From a virus (taxonomy: Duplodnaviria; Caudoviricetes), in IMG/VR virus record IMGVR_UViG_3300037518_000590, positions 1-31,076 of that record: DNA of 31,076 nucleotides; one strand, written 5' to 3'. Every line of letters starts with the position of its first letter. Position 1 is the first letter of the stretch. Positions 7,436-15,179 of this stretch are shown here, piece by piece. The translations under genes were made by a program, and so were the position numbers. Below the pieces are notes generated by a model. The model was not told where the DNA came from. It searched no databases and worked only from the letters and a program-made list of their open reading frames with translations.

Positions 7436-7578
7436 TGCCAAATGACTTCATCGAATCCTACGATGCCGACGTTGTCGCGGAACTTGAGCGTTACGACCGC
7501 CTGCGAAAGCAATGGGTCGATCGGCACGCAACTATCGATGGCTTCGACGCCTGGTTAGCGACGGAGGGATCGTCATGA
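7435..7578 (+). CDS. Hypothetical protein (47 aa)
   Basis: GGAGG RBS; TGATG and ATGA coupling on both sides. Confidence 0.5.
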   Translation: MPNDFIESYDADVVAELERYDRLRKQWVDRHATIDGFDAWLATEGSS

Positions 7579-7766
7579 GCACAACGCTGACACGCGAGCA
7601 ACGTCTCGCCATGCAGTCCCAGGGATACGTCTTTCCGGATCCACGCGATCAGGAACTCTTTGATCGCGGCCGGGAACTTTCCTGGCACCAGCACATCGCT
7701 AGGAACTGCCTGGCGCAAGGCCGTCACGTAGACGGTCAGCCGATCAGTCGGACGAGACGGCTGTGA
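7575..7766 (+). CDS. Hypothetical protein
   Basis: GGAGG RBS; ATGA coupling. Confidence 0.5.
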   Translation: MSTTLTREQRLAMQSQGYVFPDPRDQELFDRGRELSWHQHIARNCLAQGRHVDGQPISRTRRL

Positions 7767-7871
7767 GCGGCGGCTGGCTTCTCGTCGCCGTGTTGCTGGC
7801 CGTTTGGCTCTGGTGGGGCCGCCGGCCTTCTCGTTGATTTCAATCGCAACAACACCATCAGGAGCTCACGC

Positions 7872-8183
7872 ATGCCAACAGAAACGACGAAGATCGCCGC
7901 CGACGGCGCAGACCTCGCGCCTGACGCGACCGACTGGGTCGCCCTCCGCGACGACACGACCGGACTGACCTGGAGCCGCGCGAATATCGGCGACAAACGC
8001 CTGAAGCACAAGCAAGCCGTCAAGGCCTGCACCGCACTCGACCTCGCCGGCGCCACTGACTGGCGCCTGCCAACGATCCGCGAGCTGCAGCGAGTTCAAG
8101 GCATCGCGCCTGGCTGGCCTGGATGGCTGGCGGATCCCGACGCTCGAGGAGCAGGTATCGATCCTTCACACCGGTCTCGCTGA
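7872..8183 (+). pseudogene. Truncated chimeric DUF1566 paralog lacking a VR
   Basis: 7872-8088 parallels the 8211 gene up to DWRLPTIREL; 8091-8173 is an out-of-frame near-copy of 6932-7014. Confidence 0.8.
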
Positions 8184-8210
8184 TTCCAATAACAACCACA
8201 GAGGTGTCCC

Positions 8211-8675
8211 ATGACGAAAGACGAGACAGAGCCGCGCTTCATCAAGGTCGGCCTGGACGGCGACGCCCTCGCCGGAGAGATGGACGACTGGGTTGCCGTT
8301 CGCGACCGCACCACGGGACTGACCTGGAGCCGGGCAAACGTCAGCGACAAACGTCTGACGCACAAGCAAGCCATCAAGGCGTGCGCCGCGCTTAATCTCG
8401 CGGGCCACGCGGACTGGCGCCTGCCAACGATCCGCGAGCTGCTCACCCTGGTTGACTACGGCCGGTACGGCCCGGCGATCGATATCGACCTGTTCCCCGA
8501 GTGCAAACCGAACTGGTATTGGTCAGACACACCGTATGCGCCCTCCCCGGGCGACTTCGCGTGGTACGTCGGCTTCTACCTCGGCATCGCGGGCTGGTAC
8601 GGCCGTGGCGGCAGCGGGTTCGTTCGCGCCGTGCGCGCCAGTCAGTCATTGGCTGATGGGTCTTCACTCGAATGA
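8211..8675 (+). CDS. DUF1566/Lcl-type protein, DGR target 2 (directly upstream of avd)
   Basis: RDRTTGLTW...DWRLPTIREL...YWSDT...AWYVGF..G...FVRAVR. Confidence 0.9.
   Translation: MTKDETEPRFIKVGLDGDALAGEMDDWVAVRDRTTGLTWSRANVSDKRLTHKQAIKACAALNLAGHADWRLPTIRELLTLVDYGRYGPAIDIDLFPECKPNWYWSDTPYAPSPGDFAWYVGFYLGIAGWYGRGGSGFVRAVRASQSLADGSSLE
8538..8645 (+). repeat. DGR variable repeat VR2
   Basis: Ungapped alignment to the other three VRs; differences fall mainly in NNC codons. Confidence 0.9.
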
Positions 8676-9085
8676 GCCAGGCCGCACCACCGATCGTTCA
8701 GCTTGCGGAGCGCGTGCTCGTCGAGCTCGAACAGGTGGTCCGCCTGTTTCCGCGCTACCACAAGTACGCGGTGGGCGCGGATCTGCGCGAACAGGCGCGG
8801 ATCGTCGCCCGTCGACGCGTGGTCGCACACTGCCGCGAGAAGTTGAACGGATGGCAGCGCCGGCACGTTCGCGGTCGCCGTTTGATCGGTCGGCCAGCGG
8901 ACTTCGAAGCCGTGCGGTCGGTGTGGCAGAGCTATCTCGGCCACCTGTCACATGCCAACAGCAAACGACTGATTGGTCGCTTGCACCGTGAATTCCCGTG
9001 GCTCCGACGAGCCACGGCCAGAACGACTTTTGACTATCGCCTCGAGGGACGGACCGTCGTCCTTCTGGCATCCAGCCAACCATAG
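8672..9085 (+). pseudogene. avd: Avd N-terminus fused in frame to DGR reverse-transcriptase C-terminus
   Basis: First ~45 aa (VRLFPRYHKYAVGADLREQA) match the Avd/four-helix-bundle pattern. The rest (RRRVVAHCREKL...WQSYLGHLSHANS...FPWL) matches the DGR RT C-terminal region. No YxDD motif. Confidence 0.8.
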
Positions 9086-9094
9086 GGGAAATCG

Positions 9095-9628
9095 ATGCAG
9101 ACTTTGCAGGACGAGCTTCGGCAGACGATAGAGCGCCGTGTGCGCCAGGCGTCAGCGGATGAAATGACGCGGATCATCCTCGCGTTGATGATGGAGGACG
9201 AGATCGACCTGTCGGCCGATGAGGAGTCGCCAGAATCTGGCGATCGGTTCGAGTTCACGCACCACGACGACCAGATCGTGATCGATCACAGAAGCGGTCT
9301 CATGTGGTCCCGCGAAGAACTCAGCACCAAGCGAGTGGTGTGGGCCGAGGCCAATTCACTCTGCGGAGATCTCAAACTCGCAGGCTTCAGCGACTGGCGC
9401 TTGCCAACCGTGGACGAGCTGTTCGCCCTGGCTGACCGAACTCGATCTGAACCTGCGATCGATACTCGATTCTTCCCGGACTGCAAACCGAGCTGGTACT
9501 GGTCGAGCACACCGTATGCGCCCTCCCCGGGCGACTGCGCGTGGAACGTCAACTTCTACGACGGCTACGCGCTCTGGTGCAGCCGAGGCTACTACGGGTT
9601 CGTTCGCGCCGTGCGCGCCAGTCAGTAA
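9095..9628 (+). CDS. DUF1566/Lcl-type protein, DGR target 3, with an extra N-terminal segment
   Basis: VIDHRSGLMW...WAEANSLC..L.LAGFSDWRLPTVDEL...YWSST...AWNVNF..G...FVRAVR. Confidence 0.9.
   Translation: MQTLQDELRQTIERRVRQASADEMTRIILALMMEDEIDLSADEESPESGDRFEFTHHDDQIVIDHRSGLMWSREELSTKRVVWAEANSLCGDLKLAGFSDWRLPTVDELFALADRTRSEPAIDTRFFPDCKPSWYWSSTPYAPSPGDCAWNVNFYDGYALWCSRGYYGFVRAVRASQ
9518..9625 (+). repeat. DGR variable repeat VR3
   Basis: Ungapped alignment; retains AAC at two variable codons (TGG AAC GTC AAC TTC). Confidence 0.9.
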
Positions 9629-9796
9629 TTGGTCCTTTGGCTCGCTGTGTCAGATCGCACGATTGAACCCGAGTGCCTGTGCCGCCTGCCGGAGACAGCT
9701 GGCTATGCGTGTCCGGTTCATGACGCTGCCAGGGTAGGCGGCGTTGCGGCGCGTGGGGCGGCGCCCGATGCTCGCCCCACGACGCCGCACCTGCAT

Positions 9797-10009
9797 TTGA
9801 GTCCAGATGAGCTCGTCGAGCTGACTGGGCTCAAGCGTCACAGCGCCCAGATCCGATGGCTTAACGCGAACCGCTGGACCTTCCAGGTCCGTGCCGATGG
9901 CCGGCCGTCGGTCGCGCGCGCGGAGTACTCGGCGCAGATGTGCTCCGGTCGGCCGAGCGATCCCCGGCGCGTCGGCCCCGATCTGGCGGCGCTGGACCGG
10001 CTGGGGTAA
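9797..10009 (+). CDS. DUF4224-like excisionase (start uncertain; may lie further upstream)
   Basis: LSPDELVELTGLKRHSAQIRWL...ADGRPSV...PDLAAL, immediately upstream of the integrase. Confidence 0.75.
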   Translation: MSPDELVELTGLKRHSAQIRWLNANRWTFQVRADGRPSVARAEYSAQMCSGRPSDPRRVGPDLAALDRLG

Positions 10010-10013
10010 CTTG

Positions 10014-11000
10014 ATGCGCGTGGGGCGAAGAAGAAGAACGAACCGCCACCTGCCGAAGGGCGTGACCTTCGAGCATGGCGCCTACTATTACCGCTGTCCG
10101 GACCACAAGCGGATTCACCTCGGCCGTTCGCTCGGCGAGGCGATGGCGGGCTGGTCGGCGTTGGTCGCAACCGACGACGGAGAGCTCCGGACGCTGCACC
10201 AGGTGTTCGAGCGTTATAAGGTCGAGGTCCTGCCGAGGAAGGCAGCGGCGACACAGCGCAGCCAGGGATACATGGTGCCAATCCTGGACACGGTCTTCGG
10301 CCGCATGTCGCCGGCAGCGCTAAAGCCCAGGGACGTTTACGCCTACCTTGCCAAACGCAGCCGCAAGGCCCCGGGTGGCGCGATCAAGGAAGCAAACCTG
10401 CTGAGCCACTGCATGACCAAGGCGGTTGAGTGGGGTGTCGTCGACGAGAACCCGTGCCTGCAGGTCCGCAAGGGCGAGTACACGCCGGCCGCTCGCGATC
10501 GCTGCCCGTCGGACCTCGAATACGTGACGGTGTATGAGCTCGCCAGCGAGCGAATGAAGATCGCGATGGACATTGCCCTGTTAACCGGGCTTCGCCGCTC
10601 CGGCGTGATCTCGCTGACGCTTGACGCCGACACGGCGGACGGGCTGCTCGTGCCCAGGCCCGGTAAGACGACGAAACCACTGCTGTTCGAGTGGTCGCCG
10701 GAGCTCCGGGAAATCGTGGACAGGGCGAAGCGACTGGAGCCACGCGTGCGACGCGCCCTGCTCTGCACAACGAACGGCCAGCACTACACGCCGGATGGCT
10801 TCACGACGAACTGGACCCGGTTGATGGCAAAGGCAAAGAAGGCCGGCCTTGATCCGTTCCGCTTCCAGGACATCCGGGCGAAGTCCGCAACCGACGACGA
10901 CGACGCGACCAGCGCATCAGCGAGGCTCGGGCACTCGACCGTGGAGATCACGAAGCGGGTGTATATCCGGAAGCCGTCGAAGGTGAGGCCGCTGCGGTGA
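10014..11000 (+). CDS. int: Tyrosine recombinase/integrase
   Basis: GRRRRTNRHLP N-terminus; LLTGLR; FQDIRAK; LGH; VY. Confidence 0.92.
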   Translation: MRVGRRRRTNRHLPKGVTFEHGAYYYRCPDHKRIHLGRSLGEAMAGWSALVATDDGELRTLHQVFERYKVEVLPRKAAATQRSQGYMVPILDTVFGRMSPAALKPRDVYAYLAKRSRKAPGGAIKEANLLSHCMTKAVEWGVVDENPCLQVRKGEYTPAARDRCPSDLEYVTVYELASERMKIAMDIALLTGLRRSGVISLTLDADTADGLLVPRPGKTTKPLLFEWSPELREIVDRAKRLEPRVRRALLCTTNGQHYTPDGFTTNWTRLMAKAKKAGLDPFRFQDIRAKSATDDDDATSASARLGHSTVEITKRVYIRKPSKVRPLR

Positions 11001-11043
11001 ATCTCAGATTCTCACCGCACACGTCGAAAAAGGAGATTTGACG

Positions 11044-11418
11044 ATGAACGTTAGCACCACGGAATTGGACGAGGTCTCAAGGACATTCGCAACGCCCATT
11101 CTGGCATCGATCACGACGGGCACACTGCTCTGCCGCTCATTCTCGGAGATGCACGAGGCTTGTGAGTGGCTGCTCGGGCGATTCGTCTGGACGCATGAGT
11201 TTGCGGATGATGCGACGTACGATCGCTTGAAGGCGATGGTGCTCGATCAGCATCCTGACTTTGACCTTCAGGCCGATGGCATTGATGCAGATAACTGGGC
11301 GCCGTTCGCGCTTCACTTGATTGAGCAGCTCGGGCCGTCACGGGTAATGGTGAAAGTCCCCGAAGGGGAAGCGAAAACCAAAGACGGCCGACGGATCGAG
11401 TTGGAGCCAGTCGTGTGA
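11044..11418 (+). CDS. Hypothetical protein
   Basis: AGGAG RBS; protein-like sequence (ITTGTLLC..FSEMHEACEWLLG..VWTHEF). Confidence 0.65.
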   Translation: MNVSTTELDEVSRTFATPILASITTGTLLCRSFSEMHEACEWLLGRFVWTHEFADDATYDRLKAMVLDQHPDFDLQADGIDADNWAPFALHLIEQLGPSRVMVKVPEGEAKTKDGRRIELEPVV

Positions 11419-11759
11419 AAAGATATGGATCCAATCCATCACCGCCCGACTCCACGACGAAGCCACGGCCGCCGCCTTCGCCGTCGCGCGCGACTCGCAA
11501 CGCATCGGGAAACGATCTGGTCGATCTGATTGGCGAGTGCCTGGCCAGAGGCCACAGTGTAGAGATCGTCAAGTGCGGGCAGTACGCGAAGCCCGGAAAA
11601 CCCTTCCTCTGTCGGGTCAGCAGCGGCGGCTTCGGGTCGGATGACCACTTGGTCTACGGCGACGACGCCCGCACGATCCTTCTGAAGGCGATGGAGCACG
11701 TACTGGCGCACGGCTTCACTCAGGAGCAGGACCGATACGGACTTGGACGCAGACGATGA
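11415..11759 (+). CDS. Hypothetical protein
   Basis: GTGA overlap with the upstream gene. Confidence 0.5.
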   Translation: MKRYGSNPSPPDSTTKPRPPPSPSRATRNASGNDLVDLIGECLARGHSVEIVKCGQYAKPGKPFLCRVSSGGFGSDDHLVYGDDARTILLKAMEHVLAHGFTQEQDRYGLGRRR

Positions 11760-11812
11760 CCAGGACGAAGCTCAGCTGACCGCCATCCACCACCCTTTAA
11801 GGAGCATTGACG

Positions 11813-12076
11813 ATGAAGCTGACGGACGCCATTCAACGATTGGAGCGCGAGAAGGAGAAGCTGGGCGACGACTCAGCCGTGTCTTTAATCGGTCTGATCG
11901 AGATCATCTTTGCTGATCAGCCGCGGGTCATCGAAGAGCACAAGGCCAGAGAGCGTTTGGTTTGGGATGTCATCAAGGCGAAACGCGATGCAGGCTATCC
12001 GCGCGATGCCGTCTTCTTTGTGAGCGTGTGGCCGGAGGCGCTGCAGGCTTTGCTGGCGGCTCGCTCGAAGCCATGA
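11813..12076 (+). CDS. Hypothetical protein
   Basis: AAGGAG RBS; ends at the attP arm region. Confidence 0.55.
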   Translation: MKLTDAIQRLEREKEKLGDDSAVSLIGLIEIIFADQPRVIEEHKARERLVWDVIKAKRDAGYPRDAVFFVSVWPEALQALLAARSKP

Positions 12077-12318
12077 TTTCCCACAACCCCCACTTTTTCC
12101 CACACTGCCTAGAACCGCATAGCATCTCAAAGCCGCGCCGGCTGGTGCCCCGGGCAAGACTCGAACTTGCGACCTTCCGCTTAGGAGGCGGACGCCCAGT
12201 TTCACGTAAGGCATTGAGCCAGAAGCCATTCAGTGGCAACGGCTGTGGGAAAAATCGCTCGGATCAGCCGCCGTAAGTGGTTGATTGACCGAGATAGCGC
12301 GAATTATTTCCCACAGCC
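12077..12318. repeat. Putative integrase arm-type sites flanking the att core
   Basis: TTTCCCACA at 12077, 12096 and 12307; inverted copy at 12244-12252. 12241-12252 and 12307-12318 form a perfect 12-bp inverted repeat. Confidence 0.7.
12143..12195 (-). other. attP core: 3' part of a tRNA-Arg(CCT)
   Basis: Minus strand GCG TCCGC CTCCTAA GCGGA AGGTC GCAAG TTCGAGT CTTGC CCGGGGC ACCA gives anticodon arm, T-arm, acceptor 3' strand and CCA. No 5' acceptor strand or D-arm upstream. Confidence 0.88.
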
Positions 12319-12334
12319 TGAGAGGCCCAGAACG

Positions 12335-13921
12335 ATGCCTGACGATAGACTGACGACCCTGCCGCTCGACCGCATCGAGCTGTCCCGGACCGACGCCCAG
12401 GTTGCCCGCCGCAAACGATTTGACGCCGCGGCCCTGAGTGAGCTCGCCGAGAGCATGCGCCAATACGGAGTGCTGCAGCCGATCATCTGCCGCTCGACCG
12501 CGACGGATTACGAGCTCGTCGCCGGCGAGCGCCGTTACCTCGCGGCAAAGCAGGCAGGCCTCGCCAAAATCCCAGCCGTCGTTCGATCGCTGTCGGACGC
12601 GGCGGTGATTGAGGTGCAGCTGATCGAAAACCTGCAGCGCGCCGACGTGCACCCGATGGAGGAGGCGGAGGGCTACCAGCAGCTGATGAAGCAGCACGGT
12701 CGTCCGATCGAGGAGCTCCATGCCAAGGTGGGCAAGAGTCGCAGCTATGTTTACGGGCGGCTGAAGCTGCTCGACCTGTGCAAGCAGGCCCGCAATGCGT
12801 TCTACGATGGCAAGCTGTCGGCCTCGATCTCGCTGCTGGTCGCTCGGATCCCGGGCGAGGCGCTGCAGAAGCAGGCGCTCGATCGGGTCCTCGGCGGGCA
12901 TTTCTGGCAACCGATGAGTTATCGCGACGCGAGCGATTGGATTCAGCACGAGCTCATGCTCCGCCTGAAGGACGCCCCCTTCCCGACTGACGACGTCCTG
13001 CTCGACGATCAGGCGGGGCCGTGCACCACCTGCCCGAAGCGGACCGGCAATCAGCCGGAACTGTTTGGCGATATCCAGGGTGCAGACGTCTGCACAGATC
13101 CGGCGTGCCACAAGGGCAAACTGGTGGCCTGGGGCGAAAGACTCCTCGAGGCGGCCGAGGGGCGCGGTCAGAAAGTCATTGCCGGCGCCGAAGCGAAGAA
13201 AGTAGCGCCGCGCGGTGCGGCGCAATACCAAACGCTAAATGGCTGGCACAAGCTCGACGAGAAGAACTGGGACGTCGGAAAAACGATCAAGCAGATCGTC
13301 GGCAAGACCGCGGAGCGGGCACTCCTGCAATGCCCGGAGACCGGGCTCGTCGTCGAGGTCGTCTCGGCCGCGACCGTCAGGGCCGCGCTGAAGGAGTCCG
13401 GTCAGCGGGCGACGACGAACGACCCGTACAAAGCGGCACAGCAGAAGCAAAGGATCGAGCGACAGTTCCGGCACGCACTCTATGCTGAGATTCGGCCGAC
13501 GCTTCCGCCGCCGACGCCCCAGGCGATCGCGGTGACCTTGCTCAAGCGGCTTTGGCACGACGCGGTCAAAGTGCTCTGCACCGTGCGCGGCTTCGAGGCA
13601 CCAATCAGTAAGGGCTACGGCGGTAGCAAGCACAAAGACTATTTGGCGATCGGGAAGGGTATCGAAAGCTGGACCGACGAAGCTGCCCAGGAGCTGATCA
13701 ACGATATGCTTTACGTGAGCGAGCTCATGGTGTCGACGCACTCAACGAGTCAACCCAAGCAGCTCCTCGAGGCCGCGAAGGCCGCCGGCGTGGATCCGGC
13801 CGCGGTGCGGCGCAGCGTGTCGCCGGCGAAGAAAAAGACCACGAAGAAGAAGCCTGCGCAGAAGAAGAAACAAGCGGCCAGCAAAAAGAGGGTGGCACGG
13901 AAGAAGGCGGCGGCACGATGA
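12335..13921 (+). CDS. ParB/RepB/Spo0J family protein with Cys cluster and Lys-rich tail
   Basis: ELAESMRQYGVLQPII...YELVAGERRYLAA...ENLQRADVHPMEEA; CTTCPKRTG...CTDPAC; likely start ATG 12335. Confidence 0.9.
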   Translation: MPDDRLTTLPLDRIELSRTDAQVARRKRFDAAALSELAESMRQYGVLQPIICRSTATDYELVAGERRYLAAKQAGLAKIPAVVRSLSDAAVIEVQLIENLQRADVHPMEEAEGYQQLMKQHGRPIEELHAKVGKSRSYVYGRLKLLDLCKQARNAFYDGKLSASISLLVARIPGEALQKQALDRVLGGHFWQPMSYRDASDWIQHELMLRLKDAPFPTDDVLLDDQAGPCTTCPKRTGNQPELFGDIQGADVCTDPACHKGKLVAWGERLLEAAEGRGQKVIAGAEAKKVAPRGAAQYQTLNGWHKLDEKNWDVGKTIKQIVGKTAERALLQCPETGLVVEVVSAATVRAALKESGQRATTNDPYKAAQQKQRIERQFRHALYAEIRPTLPPPTPQAIAVTLLKRLWHDAVKVLCTVRGFEAPISKGYGGSKHKDYLAIGKGIESWTDEAAQELINDMLYVSELMVSTHSTSQPKQLLEAAKAAGVDPAAVRRSVSPAKKKTTKKKPAQKKKQAASKKRVARKKAAAR

Positions 13922-14130
13922 GCAGCTACGTGTACCTCGGCAGCGAGCCGGGGCTTTGGACTGTTGGATTCTACCGACCAAGCGGAGAGTGGGAGCCGGA
14001 ATCAGACCACGAAAGCTCGGAAGCGGCCGCCGCGCGCGTGGCGTGGCTGAACGGTTCCGTGACCAACGTCGATGAGGAAGTTCGCGATGTGCCGGCCCCT
14101 CAACCTTACACTGATGGGTCTGCGTCATGA
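13918..14130 (+). CDS. Small hypothetical phage protein
   Basis: ATGA coupling; SEPGLWTVGFY...WEPESDH...AAARVAWLNG. Confidence 0.7.
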   Translation: MSSYVYLGSEPGLWTVGFYRPSGEWEPESDHESSEAAAARVAWLNGSVTNVDEEVRDVPAPQPYTDGSAS

Positions 14131-14357
14131 CCATGAAGGAGCGCAGCGCCTATCCGCTCAGTTGGCCCGATCACTGGCCGCGAACAACGAAGTTCGGGTC
14201 GTCGAGCTTCCGCACCACGCTCGCCGGCGCGCTCAACAACGTGCAGAACGCCATCAATACGCTGCGCTCAAAACACCATCCGGACCGCGGTGGCGATGCC
14301 GCCGCATTCCATGAAGTCCTCAGCGCGTACGAGGCGGCCCGCGCTGAAAACCGTTAG
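14127..14357 (+). CDS. Short J-domain-like protein, probably internally deleted
   Basis: AYPLSWPDHWPRT N-terminus joined almost directly to KHHPDRGG...F..V..AYE. Confidence 0.65.
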   Translation: MTMKERSAYPLSWPDHWPRTTKFGSSSFRTTLAGALNNVQNAINTLRSKHHPDRGGDAAAFHEVLSAYEAARAENR

Positions 14358-14400
14358 CAGTGGTCATCAATTTCACCAACCGCCAATAGGAGGAAACCTT

Positions 14401-14565
14401 ATGGCAACGCGACAGATGCACCCGGCTCAGGATGCGAAAGAAATGAAGGTCCACACGCGGCTCAAGGTGTTTGACATCTTGATCGTTAAGGGGCTTGACG
14501 TATCTGAAGCGAAGGAGAAGGCGCGTGAAATCGCTGACTCCTTCACCGATGACTACGAAGAGTAA
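14401..14565 (+). CDS. Hypothetical protein (54 aa)
   Basis: AGGAGG RBS before ATG 14401. Confidence 0.6.
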   Translation: MATRQMHPAQDAKEMKVHTRLKVFDILIVKGLDVSEAKEKAREIADSFTDDYEE

Positions 14566-14573
14566 TCAGACCA

Positions 14574-14597
14574 GGCGGCGGGCTTCGGCTCGCCGCC
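14574..14597 (+). other. Stable hairpin with C(UUCG)G tetraloop
   Basis: GGCGGCGGGC TTCG GCTCGCCGCC; no U-tract follows. Confidence 0.6.
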
Positions 14598-14616
14598 GCT
14601 GACTAAGGAGTACTTG

Positions 14617-15048
14617 ATGAATGAACGGTTTGTGAAGATCGGCGCCGACGGCGCGGAGTTGCCGGCGGACGCCGGTGAATGGGTTGCCGTGAGGGATACG
14701 ACGACGGGGTTGGTCTGGGCGGTGGAACCCGTCCCGGTGGATGACTGGTCAGACGAGACAGAGGCCAGGGTCGCTGCGGAACTCGCTGCCTCACCTCTGG
14801 CGGGCCTGAACGGCTGGCGGATCCCAACGCGCGCCGAGCTCGTCACGCTGATCGATGACACGCGGTACGATCCGGCGATCGATATCCGTTTCTTCCCCGA
14901 CTGCCCGAGCGATTGGTTCTGGACGTCGACGAAGGCTGCGCCCTCCCCGGGCGACTTCGCGTGGTACGTCAGCTTCAGCTACGGCGGCGCGAGCTGGGGC
15001 CTCCGAGGCAGCAACGGGTTCGTTCGCGCCGTGCGCGCCAGTCAGTAA
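14617..15048 (+). CDS. DUF1566/Lcl-type protein, remote DGR target 4
   Basis: TAAGGAG RBS; VRDTTTGLVW...GWRIPTRAEL...FWTST...AWYVSF..G...FVRAVR. Confidence 0.9.
   Translation: MNERFVKIGADGAELPADAGEWVAVRDTTTGLVWAVEPVPVDDWSDETEARVAAELAASPLAGLNGWRIPTRAELVTLIDDTRYDPAIDIRFFPDCPSDWFWTSTKAAPSPGDFAWYVSFSYGGASWGLRGSNGFVRAVRASQ
14938..15045 (+). repeat. DGR variable repeat VR4
   Basis: Ungapped alignment to VR1-3; 3' flank TAATTGGTC shared with VR3. Confidence 0.9.
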
Positions 15049-15179
15049 TTGGTCTTTTGGATACGGCCACGAAGAAGCGATCGGCGCCGGGCGCTTGTCG
15101 TAAGTGTGACTCAGACACTCTTGCGGCGCGGGCGCCGCCGATAGATTGGGTTGCTCCACTCCACCCTCGGATGACCGCC

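Noticed and set aside
9518-9625. VR3 as the template repeat
   Set aside because: It is the in-frame end of a full target gene and has non-A bases at many variable sites where other VRs carry A.
9891-10013. N-terminal extension of the integrase in the ORF track
   Set aside because: It overlaps the excisionase; the family-like sequence starts at about 10014-10020.
12143-12230. Functional tRNA-Arg gene
   Set aside because: The 5' acceptor strand and D-arm are absent; only the att core remains.
12233-12334. N-terminal extension of ParB
   Set aside because: It runs through the attP arm sites; the ParB domain begins after ATG 12335.
14913-15179. Fusion of the VR4 region to the outer-membrane protein (ORF 14913-15803)
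   Set aside because: It is an alternative frame across VR4; the signal peptide begins at 15171 or 15180.
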